Assembly: GCA_002428415.1 (NCBI GenBank)
Contig: DIWI01000011.1
Coordinates: 1,423-65,422, forward strand
Reading direction: 5' to 3'
DNA length: 64,000 bases
Source of the DNA: Clostridiaceae bacterium UBA6110
GTDB taxonomy: Bacteria; Bacillota; Clostridia; Clostridiales; Clostridiaceae
Every line of letters begins with the position of its first letter. The first letter of the stretch is position 1. Made by a program: the position numbers and the translations under genes. A model generated the notes under the pieces. That model saw nothing but the letters and a program-made list of their open reading frames with translations. It made no database searches and had not been told where the DNA came from. This document shows, one piece after another, positions 9,475 through 17,848 of this stretch.

Positions 9475-10776
9475 TCAGCCTATAACATCTAATATATATG
9501 GAACCTTCTCAGGTGGGGCTTCTGTAACAACGTAAGCCTCAAGCGCCTTCGATAGTGCTGCATCATGTTTCTCCCTGTTTGTCATCAGCACGCAAAGGAC
9601 ATCTCCCTTTTCAACCCTGTCTCCGACCTTCTTCTTCAGGGTTATCCCTGCTGAATGATCGACTTTGTCTTCTTTCGTCTCTCTGCCGGCTCCCAAAAGC
9701 ATTGCTGCAGTGCCTATCTCCTCCGCCATTATGGAATGGACGTATCCGGTTTTTTCAGAAATCACAGGTATCGTGAAGCCTGCCTTTGGCAGAAGCTCAG
9801 GATCGTAAATGACCCTCTTGTCTCCGCCCTGTATCTCGACGAGCTCCGCCAGCTTCTCTACTGCCTTTCCTGACGTTATGAGCTCCATGACAGCCTTTTC
9901 TGCTTCACTGACATCCGTATACGCTCCTCCTGCCACAGCCATCTGCGCGGCTATTGCGCAGGCCACATTGATAAGGTCTGGCTCAGCCTCACCCCTCAGG
10001 GTCAGTATTGCCTCCCTTACCTCGTTGGCATTGCCGATTTCGCTTCCCAGCGGTTCATCCATGTTCGATAGTATTGCTATTGTCCTCCTGCCAAGGTTCT
10101 TTCCGATCCCGACCATGGCTTTCGCAAGAGTCCTTGCATCCTCAATCGTCTTCATGAACGCTCCGCTTCCTACCTTGACATCAAGTACTATGGCATCAGA
10201 GCCTGATGCTATCTTCTTGGACATTATGGAGCTTGCTATAAGAGGAATGCTGTCAACAGTCGCTGTAACGTCACGCAATGCGTACAGCTTCTTGTCTGCA
10301 GGCACCAGGTTCGCTGTCTGTCCCACAATTGCCATGCCATGGCTGTTGACATTTGAAATGAACTGGTCCATGGATATGGATGTGTTGAAGCCAGGAATGC
10401 TCTCAAGCTTGTCTATTGTCCCTCCGGTATGGCCAAGGCCCCTTCCTGACATCTTCGCAACCTTTATCCCGAGGGCAGCAACTAAAGGTATCACCACAAG
10501 GCTGACCTTGTCTCCCACTCCTCCTGTCGAATGCTTGTCAACCTTCACTCCCTTTATCCCTGAAAGGTCCAGAGTATCCCCCGAGCCGACCATGGACTTT
10601 GTAAGGTTGGAGGTCTCAGCCTCCGTCATCCCCTTGAACCATATAGCCATCAGGAGAGCTGAAGCCTGGTAATCAGGTATCTCCCCTGAGGTATAGCCCT
10701 GCACGAAGAAATCTATCTCTTCTGCTGAAAGCTCCATTCCATGCTTCTTGTTCTGTATTATGTCGAGCATCCTCAT
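9475..10776 (-). CDS. pdp: Pyrimidine-nucleoside (thymidine) phosphorylase
   Basis: KHSTGGVGDK and SGRGLGHTGGTIDKLESIPG motifs; 433 aa. Confidence 0.95.
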   Translation of the reverse strand: MRMLDIIQNKKHGMELSAEEIDFFVQGYTSGEIPDYQASALLMAIWFKGMTEAETSNLTKSMVGSGDTLDLSGIKGVKVDKHSTGGVGDKVSLVVIPLVAALGIKVAKMSGRGLGHTGGTIDKLESIPGFNTSISMDQFISNVNSHGMAIVGQTANLVPADKKLYALRDVTATVDSIPLIASSIMSKKIASGSDAIVLDVKVGSGAFMKTIEDARTLAKAMVGIGKNLGRRTIAILSNMDEPLGSEIGNANEVREAILTLRGEAEPDLINVACAIAAQMAVAGGAYTDVSEAEKAVMELITSGKAVEKLAELVEIQGGDKRVIYDPELLPKAGFTIPVISEKTGYVHSIMAEEIGTAAMLLGAGRETKEDKVDHSAGITLKKKVGDRVEKGDVLCVLMTNREKHDAALSKALEAYVVTEAPPEKVPYILDVIG

Positions 10777-10784
10777 GTTCTCAC

Positions 10785-11951
10785 CTACTTCAGGAGGCCG
10801 AGGAAGCTTGTACCGAACATTTCATTCGGTGCTTCCAGGTGCTCAAGCACAGTCTTTCCCATATCCGAGAAGGTTCTTCTTATGCCAAGGTCAACTCCAT
10901 TTTTCAAACCCTTTGACACTACTATCATCGGTACGTATTCCCTGGAATGGTCTGTTGACTCCGTCGTCGGGTCGCAACCATGGTCCGCAGTTATGATCAG
11001 GAGGTCACCATCCTGCAGCCTTTCAAGGATCTCCGGAAGTCTCCTGTCGAAATCCTCCAGCGCTTTCTTATAGCCCATGAAGTCGTTCCTGTGTCCGAAC
11101 TGCATGTCGAAATCAACAAGGTTTGTGAATATGAATCCCGGAAGCTTCATGTCCAGGTACTTTATTGTCTCGTCCACGCCCATCTCGTTGTTCTTGATAT
11201 GGACCGCATGAGTCACCCCAAGACCGTTGAACAGGTCCTCGATCTTTCCAACGCACATGACGTTGAGTCCTGCCTCATTGACATATTCAAGCACGGTCTT
11301 GTTGAATGGTGCAAGCGCATAGTCCTTCCTGTTGGAGGTCCTTGCATATGCTCCGCTTGTTCCTATGAACGGCCTTGCGATTACTCTTCCTACCTGCCTG
11401 TCGCCTACAAGCATCTCCCTGGCTATCTCGCAGTATCTGTATAGCTCTGAAAGCGGAATAACCTCCTCATGTGCAGCTATCTGGAACACAGAATCAGCTG
11501 AGGTATATACTATGGGCTTTCCTGTTGCAACATGCACGTCGCCCAGTTCCTTTATTATCTCAGTGCCTGAGGCTACTGTGTTTCCTATGATGCCCCTTCC
11601 TATCCTTTCCTCGAAATCAGCTATTATGTCCTGTGGAAATCCTTCAGGGAAGGTCTTCAGCGGCTTTTCAAGGATCACTCCCGCCATTTCCCAGTGTCCT
11701 GTAACAGTATCCTTCCCCTTGGACAGCTCATCGGATTTGCCGTAGCTCCCTTTGGGGTCTGATACGGGATCAACCCCCAGAATAGGGCTTATGTTTCCAA
11801 GTCCAAGTTCCTTAAGGTTCGGCAGTTCGAGCCCTCCTGATGCCTTTGCTATGTTTCCTAATGTGTTGCTCCCAACATCACCATAATCGGCCGCATCTGG
11901 AAGCTCACCGATTCCGACGCTGTCAAGTACTATAAGTATCGCTCTTTTCAT
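10785..11951 (-). CDS. deoB: Phosphopentomutase
   Basis: [21 protein letters not shown]-terminus and the ADHGCDPT metal-site motif. Confidence 0.95.
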   Translation of the reverse strand: MKRAILIVLDSVGIGELPDAADYGDVGSNTLGNIAKASGGLELPNLKELGLGNISPILGVDPVSDPKGSYGKSDELSKGKDTVTGHWEMAGVILEKPLKTFPEGFPQDIIADFEERIGRGIIGNTVASGTEIIKELGDVHVATGKPIVYTSADSVFQIAAHEEVIPLSELYRYCEIAREMLVGDRQVGRVIARPFIGTSGAYARTSNRKDYALAPFNKTVLEYVNEAGLNVMCVGKIEDLFNGLGVTHAVHIKNNEMGVDETIKYLDMKLPGFIFTNLVDFDMQFGHRNDFMGYKKALEDFDRRLPEILERLQDGDLLIITADHGCDPTTESTDHSREYVPMIVVSKGLKNGVDLGIRRTFSDMGKTVLEHLEAPNEMFGTSFLGLLK

Positions 11952-11969
11952 ACATTCTCCTTTCTTTGA

Positions 11970-12845
11970 TCATGCCCTTGGATGGGCCTCCTCATATACA
12001 TCCTTGAATTTCCTGTTCTTCACAAGCTTCAGGTATACCGACGTAGCCTTTATGTCGTTGTGCCCAAGCAGCAGCGACAGAGTGGTAAGGTCAGCGCCTC
12101 CTGACAGCATGTGCACCGCATAGCTATGCCTTAAGGTATTGATGTTTATGTTCTCATCAATACCGGCTTCCTCCGCATAGTCCTTCAGTATCTTCCAGAG
12201 GCCCTGCCTCGTCATCCTGTCTCCCCTCATTGATGGAAATAGAATTGACGCCCCGACAATGTTCTCCCTTGTAGAAAGATACTCCTTAAGTGTTTCTACT
12301 GAATAAGAACCTATCGGTATGTGCCTTTCCTTATTTTTTCTTCCTTTGATTGAAACATAGCCCCTTGAGAGGTCGATGTCCCTGTAGTTCAGCTCTATGA
12401 GCTCGCTGGCCTTGAGGCCTGCCCCGTAGAGTATCTCAAGTATGGCCCTGTCCCTTTTCCCCTTTGCCGTCGAAGTGTCAGGCAACGCAAGCAGCTCCTC
12501 CACCTGTTCAATGGTAAGTGATACAGGCAGTGCCCTCTTTATCTCCGGAAGCTCGAAGTAAAGTATCGGTGCTTCCAGGACCTTGTTCTTTCTCCTCAGG
12601 AATTTATAAAAATTTCTTATGCTAACAAGGTGCCTTGAGATTGTCGTCCTCGACATGCCAAGGTCAAGAAGATGGTTTATGAAGTTCGACACTTCGATCT
12701 CATTGAATTCCTCAAGGTCAATGCCATCTTCAGCGAGGAAATCCGTGAGATGCTTCAGGTCACGTCCGTATGCATCTATTGTATTAGCAGCCTTCCCTTT
12801 GCTTTTCAGCTCTTCCAGAAACTCACCTACAAAAGGGTCCATCAT
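11970..12845 (-). CDS. xerD: Site-specific tyrosine recombinase XerD
   Basis: Core-binding and catalytic domains. RHSYAVHMLSGGADLTTLSLLLGHNDIKATSVYLK supplies the R..H-x-x-R..Y residues. xerD-deoB synteny matches B. subtilis ripX-drm. Confidence 0.85.
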   Translation of the reverse strand: MMDPFVGEFLEELKSKGKAANTIDAYGRDLKHLTDFLAEDGIDLEEFNEIEVSNFINHLLDLGMSRTTISRHLVSIRNFYKFLRRKNKVLEAPILYFELPEIKRALPVSLTIEQVEELLALPDTSTAKGKRDRAILEILYGAGLKASELIELNYRDIDLSRGYVSIKGRKNKERHIPIGSYSVETLKEYLSTRENIVGASILFPSMRGDRMTRQGLWKILKDYAEEAGIDENININTLRHSYAVHMLSGGADLTTLSLLLGHNDIKATSVYLKLVKNRKFKDVYEEAHPRA

Positions 12846-13372
12846 ATTATCTTGCTTAGGCTGTATGCCGCAACTGTCTTCGCATCCTTTATCTGGCCTG
12901 TCTTTATATGCTCTATGAATTCAGCATCAGATAGCCTGACTATGGATATGAATTCGTCATCGTCTCCGCCCTTGGTCCCCTTTTCCAGTTTCTTGGCCAT
13001 ATACAGGTGGATCTTCTCATCGCAGAAACCAGGGGATGTTGCAAGCGTCGCCAGATGGATCAGGTCATCGCACCTGTAGCCCGTTTCCTCCTCGAGCTCC
13101 TTCACCGCATTCTCATATGGTGTAAGGTCCTTCTCCAGCTTTCCTGCAGGCAGCTCAAGATACGCTTCTTCCATTGGCTTCCTGTACTGCCTCACAAGCA
13201 GGATCTTGTCGTTCTCATCCCTTGCAAGTATGCATACACCACCCGGGTGCCTGACTATCTCCCTGTATGCGGTGTTCCCGTCCTGGACCTCCACCATCTG
13301 GGTCTCAAGGGTAATGATCTTGCCCTGGAACACCTCGGTCCTCTCGAGAGTGTGTTCAAAAAAATCCATCAA
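12842..13372 (-). CDS. NUDIX hydrolase (ADP-ribose pyrophosphatase-like)
   Basis: Nudix box GKLEKDLTPYENAVKELEEETGY. There is a 4-nt ATGA overlap with the xerD start. Confidence 0.85.
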   Translation of the reverse strand: MMDFFEHTLERTEVFQGKIITLETQMVEVQDGNTAYREIVRHPGGVCILARDENDKILLVRQYRKPMEEAYLELPAGKLEKDLTPYENAVKELEEETGYRCDDLIHLATLATSPGFCDEKIHLYMAKKLEKGTKGGDDDEFISIVRLSDAEFIEHIKTGQIKDAKTVAAYSLSKII

Positions 13373-13697
13373 TCCACCATCCTTCTAAATCAATCAAATT
13401 AAGCATTTTACCCGATTATCCATGTCTACATGCTAATTCTACAATATTGCTACATCCAGTTTAAATGGACAAATTGTTAATTATATTATTTGTTATGTAA
13501 ACCATACTTCTTATTTTACACAGATTGAGTGATTTTATCATTGAATCACAAATCTACTTCAAACGTGTTTTTCAGTTGAATTCGCTTTATTGCAGAAGTA
13601 ATCTGACTAATAATCATCCATTAATAAGAAGTCTATGATATTTGCGTGTATGATACCATTTCTGCTTCTATTTATTTGATCCATCGATTAAAAGCTC

Positions 13698-13923
13698 TCA
13701 CACCACTTCATATAATGCCTCGACTGAAAGTGCAAACTCATATTTTTTGCTTTCAAAATTGGTGCAGAAACTGCCCTTCATTTGCGCCTTGATCAATCAG
13801 CTCCTGTTTTACCAGTTCAAGCATTACGGATTTGCCTGAGCGCCTTATTCCTGTAAGTACCTTTACAATTTCCTTGTTAATGAAAGGTCGTATCTTTGCC
13901 ATATATATCTCACGCTTGATCAT
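13698..13923 (-). pseudogene. Decayed N-terminal remnant of an AAA+ ATPase (AAA_14/DUF4143 family)
   Basis: After a GGAGGTGGAG RBS it reads MIKREIYMAKIRPFINKEIVKVLTGIRRSGKSVMLELVKQELIDQGANEGQFLH (Walker A GxRRSGKS), then hits a stop. Homology resumes one frame over (NFESKKYEFALSVEALYEVV), followed by multiple stops. A full-length member is ~400 aa. Confidence 0.65.
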
Positions 13924-13961
13924 TTCTCCACCTCCAAAACCATATGTTTTAATCCATTGTA

Positions 13962-14062
13962 TTTCGTTTATATCGAAATCTAAACCCATAAATCAGATAG
14001 TCTTTCGTTGTATCGAAATCTTAGTCTCCTGTCTATCTCAGCTTTCGTTGTATCGAAATCTT
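13962..14062. repeat. Three phased direct repeats of a 21-bp unit, CTTTCGTTGTATCGAAATCTT
   Basis: Copies start at 13962 (degenerate: TTTCGTTTATATCGAAATCT), 14003 and 14043 (the last two identical over 21 nt). The period is 41 and 40 bp. Each unit contains the inverted repeat TTTCG-N6-CGAAA. Confidence 0.8.
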
Positions 14063-14366
14063 TTTTCAACAGATATTCTCTGTCAGGTATGAAATACTTA
14101 CTACAGACTATCCAATACTGAAGAAACACATAGTTATTGAATAACCAGTCAAAGCTAATATGATTTTGAATCGATGCTCAATGTTCAATCCGAGCTCTTC
14201 ACTCGCTACCACCATTTCAACTAATTAAATGATATGAAAACATGATCCTTTACCATTAACCATCATGACATTCAGATAAATAAGCCGATTCACAAATAAA
14301 AAAAGTAATCATCTCAATGCAATGGTTCAAGCCTGAACTCCGGTGTGCCATCAGAGAGCACTGGCT

Positions 14367-15023
14367 TTAGATATGGCTTTCAACCAATAACGGATCAGCC
14401 TGAAAATCAACTACATTGGGCTTCTTTTCAAAGCTCAGGTTCAGTTCATCTTCACCACCGTCATATTTGATTCGAAGTATGACATTTTCCATTCCATGAT
14501 CAAGCTTGTCAGGATCCATACCGTATGACGCCATGGAGTCATTACCTAAATCACTATATGTAATGAGGAGCCTGTAGGCGGTAAAATCGCTGATTACGGA
14601 CCACTTGGGAAAGTCCAGCTTGTCAGAAAATCCTTGCCAGTCTTTGAGGTTGCTCCTGCCATTGTTTAAATCTCTGTTCAGATACCCATATACCTCTCCG
14701 GTCGGTGAGACTGTCACAGACTCCAGAGAAAGCGGTTTTGAAGTTCCTGGTGCAAAAAATATCTCATAGACATAATATGTGTATTCAACCGAAGGTTCAG
14801 AATCATGATACTTCACTTTAATCAGGTCGCTGAAAACAGCCTGAAATGATTCACTTACAACTGGCTCCTTACCAAGTGAAAAGAAGACTTCCATTGAAGA
14901 AGATATTTCCGGATAATTCTTGTTTAGGTCACTGTATTCACCTGCCTTTATGCAGCCGGCAACCGAAAGAAGAAGTACTAATGCCAAAAAGAAACATACT
15001 TTATTCTTCATATATCTTTGCAC
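14367..15023 (-). CDS. Hypothetical lipoprotein
   Basis: Signal peptide with a lipobox: FFLALVLLLSVAGC. I recognise no other family motif. Confidence 0.6.
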   Translation of the reverse strand: MQRYMKNKVCFFLALVLLLSVAGCIKAGEYSDLNKNYPEISSSMEVFFSLGKEPVVSESFQAVFSDLIKVKYHDSEPSVEYTYYVYEIFFAPGTSKPLSLESVTVSPTGEVYGYLNRDLNNGRSNLKDWQGFSDKLDFPKWSVISDFTAYRLLITYSDLGNDSMASYGMDPDKLDHGMENVILRIKYDGGEDELNLSFEKKPNVVDFQADPLLVESHI

Positions 15024-15154
15024 ATCCTAATGCCATCAATGTATAATCACATTATACACCAACTTGCTTTACCAAATGCAATTTCACAATTCTTTTGTAC
15101 TGGTTGTAATATTTAAGCCCATTTGCTGTCATTATAAGTGAAAGGTCATGTATC

Positions 15155-15736
15155 ATGGATTCTGGAGGTGAGAAATTGGATGATCTGGATATAATCGGAC
15201 TGTTTAATGAAAGGGATGAGAAAGCCATCCTTGAGGCCGAAAGAAAATACGGGTCCTATTGCCATGCCATTTCAAGCAATATCCTTCAGGACAGGGAAAG
15301 CGTGGAAGAATGCCTGAACGACACCTGGCTTAATGCATGGAATTCAATACCTCCCCAGGTCCCCAATAATCTGCGCATGTACCTGGCAAAGATCACACGC
15401 AACCTTTCATTCAACAGATACAAATCAGCTAAGGCAGCAAAGCGTGGAGGCGGCAAATTATCAGCAGTCCTTGATGAGCTTGGGGAGTGCATATCGGATC
15501 CGTCTGATGTGGAATCAGAATTGATCGGTAAAGAGCTTGGTGAGAGTATAAACCAGTTCGTACGCACTTTGTCCGAGCGTGACTGCAACGTGTTTGTGAG
15601 GAGATACTTCTATGCAGAATCGATAAAGAAAATATCCGTTAATTACGGATTATCAGAGAACAATATTACTGTGTCCCTGAGCCGGATACGTCAGAAGCTG
15701 AAGAAACACCTTGAAAAGGAGGAGATATTCTTTTGA
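15155..15736 (+). CDS. RNA polymerase sigma-70 family factor (ECF-like)
   Basis: Region 2 (DRESVEECLNDTWLNAWNSIP) and a region 4 HTH (ISVNYGLSENNITVSLSRIRQKLKKHL); 193 aa. Confidence 0.8.
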   Translation: MDSGGEKLDDLDIIGLFNERDEKAILEAERKYGSYCHAISSNILQDRESVEECLNDTWLNAWNSIPPQVPNNLRMYLAKITRNLSFNRYKSAKAAKRGGGKLSAVLDELGECISDPSDVESELIGKELGESINQFVRTLSERDCNVFVRRYFYAESIKKISVNYGLSENNITVSLSRIRQKLKKHLEKEEIFF

Positions 15737-16485
15737 ACAGTGAAACACTTTTTAAATGCATTGGAATGATGGATGAAGATATTCTTGAACGGAGCGAAAG
15801 GAATACCAGGAGGAATCCTGCCAGAATGATAATAACACTGGGTACTGTTGCCGCCTGTCTTTTTATCATATTCACCCTTACGCAGCCTTCAATACAAAAG
15901 CCACTAGAGAATGCCAACATGCCAGCTGCATTTCAAAGTGGCATAGCAAAATACATCGAAAGTCCTCCGTCTGACCTGCCCTTTATAAATGGTGACCTCA
16001 TTTGGCTCTCGCAGGAGGATATCTTCAATAAGTGGAATACAGCAATATTCAGCGGTACAGTCACAAAGCTGGATAACATAGTTATAAGCTTCAATGGTGA
16101 CAAGGAATATCGTGCGATCGCAGAAATAAGTGTCGACAAGCTTTACCGTGGAGACATTGACAAAGGGGATACTGTTTCAGTCCTGCTGCCCTGTCCCATA
16201 GGGAGAGGAATCATGATGACAGGAACTGAAATAATATCACAGTTGACTGTAGGCACATACGGAATTTTCATGCCTATAGAGTATGATGCAAGCTCATATC
16301 GGGAGCAAAACGGATTCACCCTAAAGCTGCAGGATGTTGCACCGTATGGTTTTGCTGACGGAATGAGATTTGCATTCATTGAAACAACTGGTGGAATTGT
16401 GTTTGCAAGAGAAATGTACCCTGCGATTACAGGAGCTAAAACCTTGGTGGAGATAGAAAGGTACATCCTGGACATGATTGACTGA
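15733..16485 (+). CDS. Putative anti-sigma factor / single-pass membrane protein
   Basis: Its start overlaps the sigma gene stop. It has a short cytoplasmic N-terminus (IGMMDEDILERS), one TM (MIITLGTVAACLFIIFTL) and a ~190-aa extracytoplasmic domain. The function is inferred from context only. Confidence 0.5.
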   Translation: MNSETLFKCIGMMDEDILERSERNTRRNPARMIITLGTVAACLFIIFTLTQPSIQKPLENANMPAAFQSGIAKYIESPPSDLPFINGDLIWLSQEDIFNKWNTAIFSGTVTKLDNIVISFNGDKEYRAIAEISVDKLYRGDIDKGDTVSVLLPCPIGRGIMMTGTEIISQLTVGTYGIFMPIEYDASSYREQNGFTLKLQDVAPYGFADGMRFAFIETTGGIVFAREMYPAITGAKTLVEIERYILDMID

Positions 16486-16573
16486 ACAGTTTAAAAAACA
16501 TAGTCCCTCACACCTGCATTCTGCTGTCACATTAACCAATGAGAATCCAGCTTCATAAAATAATCACAATGAC

Positions 16574-16610
16574 AAAACCGCCTGCCGATTTTTCAATCGA
16601 CAGGCGGTTT
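16574..16610. terminator. Bidirectional hairpin between the anti-sigma-like gene and the tRNA pair
   Basis: ACCGCCTGCCGAT-TTTTCA-ATCGACAGGCGGT with one mismatch. It is flanked by an A-run and a T-run. Confidence 0.7.
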
Positions 16611-16615
16611 CATTC

Positions 16616-16691
16616 TGGTGGGACGTACAGGACTCGAACCTGTGACTTTCACCACGTCAAGATGACACTCTACCAGCTGAGTTAACGTCCC
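16616..16691 (-). tRNA. tRNA-Val (anticodon GAC), CCA encoded
   Basis: I folded the reverse complement by hand: GGGACGT acceptor, ACTC/GAGT D-stem, TCATC/GGTGA anticodon stem with loop TTGACGT, GGTTCGAGTCC T-arm, then ACCA. Length 76 nt. Confidence 0.9.
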
Positions 16692-16699
16692 ATAGTCTG

Positions 16700-16773
16700 T
16701 GGAGCGGGTAAGGAGGATCGAACTCCCATTGCCGGCTTGGGAAGCCGATGCTCTACCATTGAGCTATACCCGC
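16700..16773 (-). tRNA. tRNA-Gly (anticodon CCC), CCA encoded
   Basis: The reverse complement is GCGGGTATAGCTCAATGGTAGAGCATCGGCTTCCCAAGCCGGCAATGGGAGTTCGATCCTCCTTACCCGCTCCA, with anticodon loop TTCCCAA. Length 74 nt. Confidence 0.9.
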
Positions 16774-16787
16774 AGGAGCACAAAGTT

Positions 16788-16816
16788 ATTTTAACAAAAT
16801 CCCCGAATTAAAGCAA
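16788..16816 (-). promoter_or_regulatory. Sigma-A-type promoter for the tRNA-Gly/tRNA-Val pair
   Basis: On the minus strand, TTGCTT-17 nt-TAAAAT ends ~15 nt before the tRNA-Gly 5' end. Confidence 0.55.
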
Positions 16817-16860
16817 CATAAAAATGAACAACTGGCTTAATTTATTGGGATTAATTTCAA

Positions 16861-16893
16861 GAATCAAGGCCCCGGGCTGTTTTCCCGGAGCCT
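16861..16893 (-). terminator. Probable spo0A terminator
   Basis: AGGCTCCGGG-aaaacag-CCCGGGGCCT hairpin on the minus strand, followed by a weak U-tract (UGAUUCUUG). Confidence 0.5.
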
Positions 16894-16921
16894 GATGCAT
16901 TCAAATCATTTGAAATGGCCG

Positions 16922-17728
16922 CTACTGGTTCTTTCCAATAGTCAGCTTAAGGTTATCGCTTACCATGGCAATGAATTCGGAGTTGGTCGGCTTTGCCTTG
17001 TCAAGGATAATGTTATAGCCGAAGATCCTGTTCATGTTGTCGATCTGGCCTCTTGACCATGCGACCTCAATGGAGTGCCTGATGGCCCTCTCAACCCTTG
17101 ATGGTGTTGTGTTGAACTTCTTGCCAATTGCAGGGTACAGCTCCTTGGTCACGGCAGATAGCAGCTCAAGGTCAGCAATGACAAGCAGTATGGCCTCCCT
17201 GAGATACTGGTACCCCTTGATATGAGGAGGAATGCCAAGCTCCTGCAGGATTGATGAGACCTCTGATATAAGGTCCGAACCTTCACCTATTTCTGTTTTC
17301 CTCTGGAATTTTTCAACAGGCTCGTAGTGCTGTTCTGTCTTTTCCTGTTTCTCCTCCATGTTGAAGAGGAGCTTTATCCTGCTTTTCAGGACCTTCATGT
17401 CAATGTCCTTGACCATGTAGTAATCAGCTCCGAGCTGGATTGCTGTCTGAGTTATCTTGTCCTGTGCGATTGCCGAGTATACTATGATTTTCGGTTTGTT
17501 ATCCATATTCTTGAGCTTCTCGAGCACGCCAAGACCGTCCAGCTGTGGCATTATGATATCAAGGAGTAGAAGGTCCGGTTCTTTCTCCCTGACAATGTCG
17601 ATTATCTCCAGTCCGTTTCTTGCGAGGCCCACCACATTTATCTCAGGATCCGTAGATAAGTATTCTCTTAGCAAATTGCTGATGTCTTTGTTGTCGTCAG
17701 CAATGACTACGCTGATTTTCTTTCCCAT
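16922..17728 (-). CDS. spo0A: Sporulation/stationary-phase master response regulator Spo0A
   Basis: Receiver domain: VVIADDN...[13 protein letters not shown]. Spo0A-specific C-terminal DNA-binding domain: [13 protein letters not shown]...[20 protein letters not shown]. Confidence 0.95.
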   Translation of the reverse strand: MGKKISVVIADDNKDISNLLREYLSTDPEINVVGLARNGLEIIDIVREKEPDLLLLDIIMPQLDGLGVLEKLKNMDNKPKIIVYSAIAQDKITQTAIQLGADYYMVKDIDMKVLKSRIKLLFNMEEKQEKTEQHYEPVEKFQRKTEIGEGSDLISEVSSILQELGIPPHIKGYQYLREAILLVIADLELLSAVTKELYPAIGKKFNTTPSRVERAIRHSIEVAWSRGQIDNMNRIFGYNIILDKAKPTNSEFIAMVSDNLKLTIGKNQ

Positions 17729-17848
17729 GTCATTGTCCCCTTATCAAGAATTTCGTATTATTTTTATTATAATTCAAAAATCATCTGATTTGTTATATTA
17801 TTGCTAATTATCTGGAATTATTATTTTAATCCGAAATCCTGATTGAAT

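Noticed and set aside
9809-10672. 287-aa + strand ORF
   Set aside because: It is antisense to pdp, whose motifs are unambiguous. It is Ser/Ala/Pro/Leu-rich and has no RBS. Like the many other long antisense ORFs in the track (e.g. 29511..30119, 53024..53443, 24179..24661), it is a codon-bias artefact.
11970-12845. Tyrosine recombinase as a marker of a prophage or integrative element
   Set aside because: It has XerD-type length and motifs and conserved xerD-deoB-pdp synteny. It is translationally coupled to a housekeeping nudix gene, and no phage genes or att repeats are nearby.
13962-14062. Possible mini CRISPR array
   Set aside because: There are only three units. The 21-bp repeats and 19-20-bp spacers are both below CRISPR ranges, one unit is degenerate, and no cas genes or leader are present. 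I report it as a phased repeat instead.
17729-17848. Spo0A boxes or a sigma-H promoter upstream of spo0A
   Set aside because: I found no exact TGTCGAA/TTCGACA in the spacer. AGGATTT is present, but no properly spaced GAAT -10 element follows it, so I make no call.
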